From positions 17,546,001-17,610,000 of the forward strand of contig CM069134.1 of the NCBI GenBank assembly GCA_035221665.1: 64,000 nt of DNA, written 5' to 3'. Source of the stretch: Okamejei kenojei (Eukaryota). Under the pieces are notes generated by a model. It was not told where the DNA came from, made no database searches, and worked only from the letters and a program-made list of their open reading frames with translations. Both the position numbers and the translations under genes were made by a program. Shown in pieces: positions 48,726-59,980 of the stretch (within the stretch, counting starts at the first letter, position 1; every line of letters begins with the position of its first letter).

Positions 48726-51700
48726 AGCTTAAGGTTTACTACCAGCATGGGCTGTCTAGTTGTTTTTTCATTGTCTCTGGGATAACATCAGGTTGATGTA
48801 GAGACATTGGCAAGGTGCCTTATACAGTAACCTCTGTAAGTTCCAAGTAGGAACAGTTTGGTTACCCTGCATCAGGGTAGACCATCATGAAACTGGTTGA
48901 CTATACGAGTCATAGTGACCAGAGAAGCACTGCTTCATCATCCAATTAGAAGTATCAGACTGGGCAATAGAATTAAGTAGTTGAAGTTTTTCTCAACAAA
49001 TGGTTTATTTTCCTCATTTACCAGAGTCACTGGTTCATTGCAATCTTCATTGCCATTTTCTCTGGGACGTATAGTTACCAGCAGAAAGCTCGTCTGCAAT
49101 ATATTATAACTTTTCTGACCTGCAGGTCATGTTGTCAATCAACAATTGTATTTATAATATCCATAGGTTCTCAAGATGCAGAATCTATTCCTGATTGGTG
49201 CGTTCCAGCAAAATTGTGTTATGCACCCTGGAGATTTAGACATGTAGTGCTCAGTCCAAGCGAGGGCTGGCAAGGTAATTCTTGATTCTGCTTTGCATGA
49301 TACTGTCTCCAATCTGAAGGTAAACGTTACATATGCAATCGTGGCTCTTAGTCAGAGTTCACCTGGGAACTAGTTTTCTCACATTTAAGGGGAACTGTGG
49401 TGGTTCAGCTCTAGTCATTAGCTGCTGATTATATTATTCAGCGATATGTATGAATAGCTAGATATGCATCTTTCGGTTGGGGGTATAAGCGAAGCCTCAC
49501 AAAAATTCTGTCCGTAGGATCTACGGAGGAACAGCGGTTACCAAGTACATTCAGTGACAACTCATCTCGAGGATGTTCACTGTGGTCTGACCAAGGACTA
49601 GAGGGGTAAATTTCTCAAGATTACAGAAATATGGTGCAGGCAAATCAGGATACCATCAGGCTAATCAAATTGTGGGTTAACTTACCCAGTTTTAAGATGG
49701 ATGATTGGGGTTATCTGCAATTTTAACTACTCTGAGCGAAATCGATCTTGTAGTTGCATACTCTGTCATATCTATACACATAGGCACAGTTTCCGCTGTA
49801 TTATAACAAAGCTAGTGTGTGAAATGCCTTGCTGCCCTACTCTAAGATTAAGGGGGCATTATGTCACCAAGTTGGGGGTGGGTATTAGGTAAAATTGCAA
49901 TGATAAATCTTATGCATTGTCGGTAGATATTTTGACAAATATTACATTTAAGGCAAACATGGAATTGTAACAGTACCAGTTTGCCTATTCAGTCACGCCA
50001 TGGCAGACGGTTGAAGCTACTCTTATTTACTCCTTTCACATGTGACGGCTGGGACAGCCTGTCTTCTCGGCCAGCTAGCGCTGCACGATTGTATGAGAAA
50101 GCTTGTGAACAACATGTGTGAGTCAATTCCATATACGGAAGTAACAAGGATTGTGTGGCTTCCAGTTTGAGCCTAGAGAAAGTTTATCGGACAGCACAAT
50201 TGGACAGTTTCCTGTGCTACTTTATCATGTCTGCTATACCATAAGTGGGACGGTAAATTATTAGTTCTTCACCACTATTCTCTCACGTTATGCAGGGTGT
50301 CGTTTATTTCACCACCTAACAGCCTTATAACTCATTTTGTAGTGTGCGATGTATATCAGTATTTGTTGTGCACATATTCATCAACATTTCCCTAATGGGA
50401 CCAGTATCTTAATATGATTATGCTTTCAGCAGCTGATCTCAGCATTAAGAACACATCCTTGTTCAATCTCTGGTCTAGTTTCTATGTCATACTGACTTAG
50501 GGTAGCTTGTTATAGAAATAATCTCATAAGCAAATGAGCAGGATTGTGTGCATTTGAGGTTGACAGCATACCCACCATGGCAGAGATCAGGGATGTCATT
50601 AGGCATACAAGTGCACTCAGTTGCTAGTGACAATGATATGGAACATAATTATTTCTTTCAATACTCTCCAGATATTGCTGATGGCTCACTAGCAGCCAAT
50701 ACAATGCGTTTCACTTTCATCACGCAGCATGAGGTTTACATAATGCAACTTAACAAATTATAAATTTGGTGGAATATGTCTGGATGTTGCAGAGAGAATT
50801 ATGCACTTTCTTGCATACGTTATTGTCTAACTCAACAGTCTAGTGGGACTACAGGCCAGTTTAGAGCAATGGCCATGTATGCCAGTTAGCATCGTGATGT
50901 TAATACCTCATGTTTTTCGTGCCATTAATGGTTTATCTGTTTTAGTGTTTTCACACAGATTATGTCACAGTATGAAACCACAGAGCTTTGAAATCTTCAC
51001 ATAGTCACTCACATGACTTCGAAGTAAAATAGACAGATTAAACGAGAACGTAGTAGTTTGAAGTTTGATCTTTATTTTAGGAGAAGTTGCCATGAGGGAT
51101 TATGTGCCCTCCGTTCCCAACCCTCTTCTCATAAAGATCATTCGGTAGTTCTAGCCTTTCAATCTCTCGATAGCTTAGGTTCAGCAACTATTCTGTGGGT
51201 TCATACAGCTACTTTGAAGATTGACGCGCATGCGGTCTGGTGGGCTTCTTCACGTAATCCCTCATTGCAACTTCTCATAAAATAAACTGGTAAGTTCTCA
51301 TTTAATCTCTCTATTAAAGATGACTTTAAACTCTAGACCTGTGCAACATCAATCATTTACACTATCTTTAACCAGACTTTACCTTGCACTAAACTCATGT
51401 ATCTCTATACTGTGGACAGCTCGGCGGGAAGCCTTCTGTCGCGGAGGGGGGAGGGTGTGCGGTGCAGAGTATTTTGCAATAAAAAGGTCATGTTCTTTTA
51501 ATCTCTTCAATTGTCCCCTTCACTGTAAGTGCTCAGAAAAAAAGCACAGTAACGAGATGCAAGGTGTTCTTGTGGATGCTGTACAAGGTGTAGGTGTGGA
51601 ATATGCCCTGCACCTGAGGTGAGTTACCTGAGGATCTTCCATTTTTCCTAGAGATTATTCAGTAGTTTAGTTATTATGTATACAGAGATACAGTGAAATG

Positions 51701-52750
51701 CTTGTTCAACATGCTGTCCAGTCAAATCATACCATAGTACAAGAGGGTACAATAGATCCTCTTTTGGAACAGCATGCATCTTGCAACCTCCTAATATTTC
51801 TAATATTTTCAAATATTTTCACTTTAAGGCCCGATGTCCTGACGTCATTGGACGGAGGTAGTAGGAGTCATCCTGCCCAGTGCGATGCTGTTGGTTCCTT
51901 GCACTGCAGAAATTCCTAATCTTGTTGCTGCAATCTGTGCTTGATCCGCTTGTTTACCCGTCTGCTTCTGGGCCTCCAAAGGCCATCTCCATCATGACTC
52001 CCAACCGTCTGAAGAAGGGTCCCGACCCGAAACGTCACCCATACCTTCTATCCAGAGATGCTGCCTGTCTCGCTGAGTTACTCCAGCATTTTGCATCGAT
52101 CTTCGGTGTAAACCTGCATCAGCAGTTCCTTTCTACGCACCTCAACAGGGCTGTGCTCTGCTTCCCGATCCAGTCATGGGTTATGTTCTGAGGTCATGGG
52201 ATGTGATTTTGTGGACCGTTCACAGCCGTCGACTTTCCCTTTCACCTTTACCACCACCATCTTGAAGCAGGCAGCATCTGTGGAAGAAAATGGACAGGCG
52301 ACGTTTCAGGGTTCAATCCAGAATGGGCATACCAGTTGAGGGACAGGCTTTCAGTAATAAGGGGTGTAAGCTTATCAAACATAAGCCTCACTCTATCGGC
52401 CACCTTTGTGCATGATTTCATCAGGTTGTGCGAAGTGACTGGGGTTGCAACAGGAATATCACCACACACTTGCTTAGAGTTACAGCATGGAAACAAGCAC
52501 TTCGACCCACCAAGTCCAAGCTGATCATCGATCACCCCATCACACTAGTTCTATGTTATCCAACTTACTTATCTTCACATTCGGAGTAAATTTTTACAGA
52601 GGCTAATTAACCTACAAACCTGCACGTGTTTGGGATGTGGGAGGAGATTGGAGCGCCTAGAAGAAACCCACATGGTCACAGGAAGAACTTGCAAACACCA
52701 CGCAGACAACAGTCGAGGTCAGGATTGAACCGGGGTCTCTGGTGCTGTAA

Positions 52751-52966
52751 AGGGCCTGTCCCACTTTCACAACCTAATTCACGACCTCTGCCAAGTTTGC
52801 CCTTGACTCATACTCACAGCATGGTCGTCACAAGGTCATAGGAGGTCGTAGGTAGGTCGTGATGCTAGTCGTAGGTACTCGTGGCATCAAGTAGATCGGG
52901 GCGTTTTTCTAGCCTGATGAAAAATGTCCACGAGTAAAAAAAGGTTGTGAAAGTGGGACAGGCCGT
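52751..52966. mobile_element. PIF/Harbinger-like MITE inserted in an HE1-like SINE
   Basis: TIR AGGGCCTGTCCCACTTTCACAACC / GGTTGTGAAAGTGGGACAGGCCGT, flanked by TAA / TTA. Related ends at 18533 and 18737. Confidence 0.75.
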
Positions 52967-53744
52967 TTAGGCTCCGTCAGCTGCACCACTGTGCTGCCCT
53001 ATTGTGTAAAGTGGGCCTGGCCCGTTGCCATGGAATGTTCCCTTCAGTTGACAGTATGCACCACCTTTCCCTCACAGAAAGGTTTCTGCATGAAAACATT
53101 TCTGACTACAAGACAAACAGGCAGTAATCCTCGTGGAATTTCCTCATGATTTCCTGGGCAGACTATCAATGGCATTTGGCAGCATGCCACATCACCAGAA
53201 CCATCAAACAAGCACCAATATCTTGCTTGAATGATTGTGAGAAGGGTCCTCATTGTCAGAGCCCTGATGTGCAGCCAGAATCGATGCCCCATTAAAAGGC
53301 TACCCTCAAGATGGCTGTGGAGCAGTTAACCTACCTCCTCTCTGTGGATTGTGTGTTTACCAGGAAGGTCTGAAAAGAGATGTAATTGTCGAGCTCAGTC
53401 CTGAGCAGCTGTTCCCAGTGATGCATACTGAGCCTAGCTGCTGCTGGAAGGTAAGCAACTCAGTGGCACAGGTGCTGCCTCACAACAACAGAGATCTGGG
53501 TTCGATCCTACCCTCGGGTGCCATCTAGATTGCACGTTCTCCCTGTGACCACGTAGCTTTCCTCTGGATGCTCCGGTTTCCTCCCACATCCAGAAGACAT
53601 GTGGGTTTGAGGTTAATTGGCCTTTGTAAATTGCCCCTCATCTGGAAGGATGTGAAAATGGGATGACATAGCACAAGTGTAAACAGGAATTCAATGGTTG
53701 GCGTGGACTCTGTGTGCCGAAGGGCCTGTTTCCAGGCATGGACT

Positions 53745-54400
53745 TGGGAGTACTGATGGAATCCCAAAAAATTAATCTGCAAGTCGAATCGGCAGAAAGC
53801 AAAAGCAATGCTAGCATTTATTTCAAGAGGGCTAGAATAGAAAAACAGGGATGTAATGCTGAGGCTCTATAAAGCGCTGGTCAGGCCGCATTTGGGGTAT
53901 TATGAGTAATTTTGGGCACCATATCTGAGGAAGGATGTGCCGGCCCTGGAGAGGGTCCAGAGGAGGTTTATAAGAATTATCCCAGGAATGAGTGGGTTAA
54001 CATATGATGAGCGTTTGATGGCACTGGGGCGGTACTCGCTGCAGTTTAGAAGAATGAGGGGATAGAGTGGATATGGAGAGGATACGTCCACCAGTGGGAG
54101 AGTGTAGGACTAGAGGTTACAGCCTCAGAATTAAAGGGCATTCCTTTACGAAAGCTATAAGGAGGAATTTCTTTAGTCAGAGGATGGTAAATCTATGAAA
54201 TTATTTGCCACAGAAGGCTGTGGAGGCCTAAGGTGGATATTTTTAAGGCAGAGATAGATTTCTTGATTAGTACGGGTGTCAGGGGTTATGGGGAGAAGGC
54301 AGGAGAATAGTGTTAGGAGGGAGAGATAGTTCAGCCATGATTGAATGGTGGAGTAGACTTGATGGGTGGAATGCTTAATTCTGCTCTAATCATTTATGAC
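53745..54400 (+). mobile_element. CR1 LINE 3' fragment
   Basis: LYKALVRPHL...RVQRRF...FFSQR motifs and the conserved 3' UTR. Similar fragments at 3240-3690, 4275-4830(-), 5300-5730, 34490-35260, 56723-57020 and 61780-62050. Confidence 0.8.
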
Positions 54401-55039
54401 GTTATAATCTTGAAACTAAAATAAGACAATGGACAATAGACATATCTGGTGAAATATGTAGTTAAGTGCATTTCAAAGATAGACACAGAGAGCTGGAGTA
54501 ACTCAACAGGTCAGACAGCATCTCTGGAAAAAAGGAATAGGTGACATTTCAGGTCGAAACCCTTCTTCAGAATGAGAGTCAGCAGAAAGGAAGGCGAGAG
54601 ATACAGACGATGAAAAAAAGAACATGAATAAAAGATATGCAAAAAAGTAAAGAATATAAAGGAAACAAGCCATTGTTAGCTGCAGGCTAGGTGAGAATGA
54701 ATTACAGACAATGAGACTCGGCAAGACGACTTTGAAGCAGGGAGGTATGGACAAAGGGAAGATGTCAGGGTTACTTGAAGTTAGGGAAATCAATATTTAC
54801 ACTGTTCGAGAACATGCTGATGGATACACTGAATCTTAAAGTGGCCATTGCTAAGGCTGTTAGGGGAACGAGCACAGTCCAGGTTCCAGCCACTGGTAGA
54901 CATGTGCCCTCTGTAAAAGTGTCTCAAACATTTCACTAATTACAACCTAACGGTACGAACAGTTAATTCTCCAATTTTTCATCCGCTTTTCCATTCTGTT
55001 TCCTGTGCCCCACGATGCCATTGCATACACTTTATTCCC

Positions 55040-55327
55040 ACCACCCACCCCCTACACCCCCACCCCATCCACCACCACCTTCCTCTCCACCACCTACCTT
55101 CCGCTACTTCACTCTACCACCACCCCATCTTCCAACCCCCTCTCCACTCTACCTACCACCCCCCATCCACCACCACCCCACCCCCCCTGCACACCACCCC
55201 CCCTGCACACCACCCCGCTCCACACCACCCCACTCCACAACCCCACTACCCCCCTCCACACCCCCACCACCCCCCTCCACACCCCCACCACCCCCACTCC
55301 ACACCCCCACCACCCCCCTCCACACAC
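55040..55327. repeat. C/A-rich low-complexity tract (ccaccacccc...)
   Basis: Degenerate short repeats; G-rich on the minus strand. Confidence 0.85.
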
Positions 55328-57184
55328 CTGAGGTCAGGATTGAACCTGGATCTTTGGCACGGTAAGGCAGCAACTCTACTGCCCTCTAACAACCTACAGG
55401 TTTGTAGGTTAATTAGTTAGGTATAAATGTAAAAAATTGTCCCTAGTGTAGGATAGTGTTAATGTGTGGGGATCGCTGGTCAAACTCGATGGGCCGAAGG
55501 GCCTGTTTCTGCGATGTATCTAAACTAAACTAAACGTGGAATCAGGTGTTTGGTTGACCTACTGCAATAGTCATTTGATATCACTGAATTTGCAATTTGA
55601 GGAGGGCATAATTACCATGTCCAGTTTTCTCATCCTTTTATACACCTCGGTCAGATCTTTTTGCAGTATTTATTGAAGCCCAGTCTTCGCTCAGCATTAA
55701 AATTCACCAGTTCTGCAATATCCTCAGATATTTCCTCTGCACTGTATTTATTGCTATGATATCTGTTACATAGTGTAGTTATTAAAGCTGTATGCACTAT
55801 TTGTGCTGTGGTCCAACTAATGCTTTGTGCATTGATGGTTGACTTCCAGGTTTGTGCATTCTTTGCGTCTGTCAGTAAAGACAAACATCTCACATATTGA
55901 GCATTGTCCTGCTTCTGTCATGGTTCTATGGGGACACACTCTAGGATCCCTGAGTCCCTTTACATTTCATGGCATCCTATAATCCTATTGCAAATTGCCT
56001 TTCCAAAAGCAATAAACATTCCTTGAATTGGGTTCCATTTGCCATGACTAACAAATACTTGTGAATGAAAGGTTCACATTCTAAAGTCAAGTGCGTAAGA
56101 GGGAACTGCAGATGATGGTTTACACTGAAAATAGACACAAAATGCTGGAGTTACTCAGCGGGACAGGCAGCATCTCGAGACCCTTCTTCAGACTGAGAGT
56201 CAGGGGATAGGGAGACATAGATATGGAAGGGTAAGATGTGAAAACGAGAGAACAAAGGGGACAAAGCTCAACGAAAATGTAGAATAGATCATTGTTAGTT
56301 TGGGGAAGGTGGCACGAGGCATGCAAATTTAGGAAGACAGTCAAATTCAAGAGTCAGGATTTGTATTATTATTTTATGTTTTAATTTTTTTTAAATGGCT
56401 CCAAAAATCACAAATTGCACAAACGAACAAAAACATCCAGCTGCTAAACCTTTAAATGAAAACAGTAAATCCTGTTGTCCCTCAGATCAGGCAGAATTTG
56501 TGAAAAATAAATGTTTCAGGTGGATGAGCTTTAATGGTGACACGACAACAGAGTTCTTATCTCGACCCAAAAGTCAGCCATTCCTTCTCTCCAGAAATGC
56601 TGTTTGATCCACTGAGTTACTCTAGCATTTTGTGTCTATCTTCAGTGTAAACCAGCATTTGCAGTTCCTTCCTGCACATTTTGTCTGCTTCACGAAGAAA
56701 TCTACTCAAAGTATGCCTACTTTGGTAGATGCATAGAATCCCTTGCCCGGAGTAGGGGAATTGAGGACATAGGTTCAAGGTGAAGGGGAAAAGATTAATT
56801 CTGAATCTGAGGGGTAACTTTTTCACACAAAGGGTGGTGGGTGTATGGAACAAGCTGCCAGAGGAGGTAATTGAGGCTTGGACTATACCAACGATTAGGA
56901 AACAGTTAACACGGGTACATGGATAGGACAGGTTTGGAGGGATATGGATCAGGCGCAGGCAGTTGGGACATGTTGGCTGGTGTGGGCAAGTTGGGCCTGT
57001 TTCCAAACTGTATCACTCTATAAGTTCTCCTCCTCACTCTGATGAGAATTCAGCAACACTCTCTCTCGTTGCTCCCCCTCTGTGCTCTCCTATTTTCAAA
57101 CCATATCCTATTTTCACACCATATTGCTATGCCTCTCTCTCTCTCCCACCTCTGTCTGAAGAAGGGTCTCAACCCGGGGGAATG

Positions 57185-59450
57185 TTGCCAGAGATGCTGC
57201 CTATGCTGCTGAGTTACTCCAGCATTCTGTGTCTATCTCCAGATACGCTGCCTGTCCCGCTGAGAGACTCCAGCATTTTGTGTCTATCTCCAGAGATGCT
57301 GCCTGTCCCGCTGAGAGACTCCAGCATTTTGTGTCTATCTCCAGAGATGCAGCCTGACCGGCTGTTGAGTGACTCCAGCATTGTGTGTCTATCTCCAGAG
57401 ATGCTGCCTGTCCTGTTGAGAGACTCCAGCATTTTGTGTCTATCTCCAGAGATGCTGCCTGACCGGCGGTTGAGTGACTCCAGCATTGTGTGTCTATCTC
57501 CAGAGATGCTGCCTGACCACTGAGTGACTCCAGCATTTTGTGTCTATCTCCAGAGATGCTGCCTGACCGGCTGTTGAGTGACTCCAGCATTTTGTGTCTA
57601 TCTCCAGAGATGCAGCCTGACCGGCTGTTGAGTGACTCCAGCATTCTGTGTCTATCTCCAGAGATGCTGCCTGTCCTGCTGAGAGACTCCAGCATTTTTG
57701 TGTCTATCTCCAGAGATGCTGCCTGACCGGCTGTTGAGTGACTCCAGCATTGTGTGTCTATCTCCAGAGATGTGCCTGACCACTGAGTGACTCCAGCATT
57801 TTGTGTCTATCTCCAGAGATGCTGCCTGACCGGCTGTTGACTGACTCCAGCATTGTGTGTCTATCTCCAGAGATGCTGCCTGCCCTGCTGAGAGACTCCA
57901 GCATTGTGTGTCCATCTCCAGAGATGCTGCCTGTCCTGCTGAGAGACTCCATCATTGTGTGTCTATCTCCAGAGATGCTGCCTGTCCTGCTGAGAGACTC
58001 CAGCATTGTGTGTCCATCTCCAGAGATGCTGCCTGTCCTGCTGAGAGACTCCAGCATTTTGTGTCTATCTCCAGAGATGCTGCCTGTCCTGCTGAGAAAC
58101 TCCAACATTCTGTGTCTATCTCCAGAGATGCTGCCTGTCCTGCTGAGAGACTCCAGCATTCTGTGTCTATCTCCAGAGATGCTGCCTGTCCGGCTGTTGA
58201 GTGACTCCAGCATTTTGTGTCTATCTCCAGAGATGCTGCCTGTCCTGCTGAGAGACTCCAGCATTGTGTGTCCATCTCCAGAGATGCTGCCTGTCCTGCT
58301 GAGAGACTCCATCATTGTGTGTCCATCTCCAGAGATGCTGCCTGTCCTGCTGAGAGACTCCAGCATTGTGTGTCCATCTCCAGAGATGCTGCCTGTCCTG
58401 CTGAGAGACTCCAGCATTTTGTGTCTATCTCCAGAGATGCTGCCTGTCCTGCTGAGAAACTCCAACATTCTGTGTCTATCTCCAGAGATGCTGCCTGTCC
58501 TGCTGAGAGACTCCAGCATTCTGTGTCTATCTCCAGAGATGCTGCCTGTCCTGCTGTTGAGTGACTCCAGCATTTTGTGTCTATCTCCAGAGATGCTGCC
58601 TGTCCTGCTGAGAAACTCCAACATTCTGTGTCTATCTCCAGAGATGCTGCCTGTCCGGCTGTTGAGTAACTCCCGCATTGTGTGTCTATCTCCAGAGATG
58701 CTGCCTGTCCTGCTGAGAAACTCCAGCATTGTGTGTCTATCTCCAGAGATGCTGCCTGTCCTGCTGAGAAACTCCAACATTCTGTGTCTATCTCCAGAGA
58801 TGCTGCCTGTCCTGCTGAGACTCCAGCATTTTGTGTCTATCTCCAGAGATGCTGCCTGTCCTGCTGAGACTCCAGCATTTTGTGTCTATCTCCAGAGATG
58901 CTGCCTGTCCTGCTGAGACTCCAGCATTTTGTGTCTATCTCCAGAGATGCTGCCTGTCCTGCTGAGACTCCAGCATTTTGTGTCTATCTCCAGAGATGCT
59001 GCCTGTCCTGCTGAGACTCCAGCATTGTGTGTGTCTCCAGAGATGCTGCCTGTCCGGCTGCTGAGTGACTCCAGCATTTTGTGTCTATCTCCAGAGATGC
59101 TGCCTGTCCGGCTGTTGAGTAACTCCAGCATTGTGTGTCTATCTCCAGAGATGCTGCCTGTCCTGCTGAGACTCCAGCATTTTGTGTCTATCTCCAGAGA
59201 TGCTGCCTGTCCTGCTGAGAGACTCCAGCATTGTGTGTCTATCTCCAGAGATGCTGCCTGTCCGGCTGTTGAGTAACTCCAGCATTGTGTGTCTATCTCC
59301 AGAGATGCTGCCTGTCCTGCTGAGAGACTCCAGCATTTTGTGTCTATCTCCAGAGATGCTGCCTGTCCTGCTGAGAGACTCCAGCATTCTGTGACCATCT
59401 CCAGAGATGCTGCCCAAAGATTGCTGTGTCACTGAGTGACTCCAGCACTG
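57185..59450 (+). repeat. Tandem satellite, 51-bp unit (49- and 54-bp variants), roughly 43 copies, derived from a Penelope-like tail
   Basis: Unit tctccagagatgctgcctgtcctgctgagagactccagcattttgtgtcta. The same sequence occurs once in dispersed tails, e.g. 17001-17050 and 52050-52100. Confidence 0.95.
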
Positions 59451-59519
59451 TGTGTGTGTTGTGTGTGTGTGTTGGCACTGTGCTGTTTGCTGCAGCACTC
59501 TCTGCTTGCTGCACACTTG

Positions 59520-59980
59520 GTGTTTGCAGTGGGAGTGAGCGGCTGAGTGACGCGGCGAGGGAGGGAGTGACTGGCTGGCTGGCTGCGGACGTGAGGGCCG
59601 CTCTCCGCTCCTTCCTGGTGCCCGCCTGTAGGCCGCGATGGCGACCACTTTCGTGTCGGTGCCGCTGAAGAAGGCGGCCGAGGTGGACCTGTCCAAGCCG
59701 CTGTCCAAGTTCATCGTGGCCACCTACCCGAGCGGGGAGAGCCAGGCCGAGTACGTGCGGGCGGCCGAGGAGGTGAACAAGCTGCGGAAGAGCGCCGTGG
59801 GCCGCCCGCTGGATAAACACGACAGCTCCCTGGACACTCTGCTGCGGTGAGTTGGGCCCTGCGCCCTCTGATCTCTCCCCTTCGCCCACCTCGTCTGTCT
59901 CCCTCTCCCCTCCTGACTCTCAGTCTCAACCCGAAACCATCGCCCGTCCCTTCTCCCCAGAGATGCCGCCCGTCCCTCTG
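59520..59980. promoter_or_regulatory. CpG island / PDCD6IP 5' UTR and exon 1
   Basis: CpG-rich stretch around the ATG. Confidence 0.7.
59638..59846 (+). CDS. PDCD6IP: Programmed cell death 6-interacting protein (ALIX), coding exon 1 (start of Bro1 domain)
   Basis: Translates to MATTFVSVPLKKAAEVDLSKPLSKFIVATYPSGESQAEYVRAAEEVNKLRKSAVGRPLDKHDSSLDTLLR, the ALIX N-terminus. Kozak context gcgATGG; 209-nt exon ending at a phase-2 donor CG|GTGAGT. Confidence 0.96.

Larger units (their letters stand above)
39971..51308 (+). mobile_element. DIRS1-like tyrosine-recombinase retrotransposon (coding region degraded or noisy)
   Basis: Inverted terminal segments at 39997-40033 / 51222-51256. Internal complementary region: 50994-51029 pairs with the left terminus and 51035-51106 pairs with the right terminus 51251-51308. 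RNaseH-like DAS..GWG remnant near 49460. Confidence 0.8.
39803..51348 (+). repeat. Gypsy 3' LTR split into 39803-39970 and ~51309-51348 by the DIRS-like insertion
   Basis: TGTAG directly after the polypurine tract. Beyond the DIRS right end the sequence has ATTAAA (51313-18) and ends ...gtgcaaCA. Confidence 0.6.

Noticed and set aside
55005-55373. Pro/Thr/His-rich and Gly/Val-rich ORFs
   Set aside because: Low-complexity C-rich tract without splice or coding signals.
55600-55925. Protein-like minus-strand ORF 55651-55893
   Set aside because: Neighbouring frames give a CR1 ORF1-like C..C.M motif and the CR1 ORF2 motif DL.EVYK.MR.LD, so it is best explained as an old CR1 remnant.
57201-59398. 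Long ORFs on both strands (up to 371 aa) with 17-aa periodicity, resembling a repeat protein or a CRISPR-like array
   Set aside because: They arise from a stop-poor 51-bp satellite whose unit is a multiple of 3. There are no unique spacers and no cas genes, and the unit matches dispersed Penelope tails.
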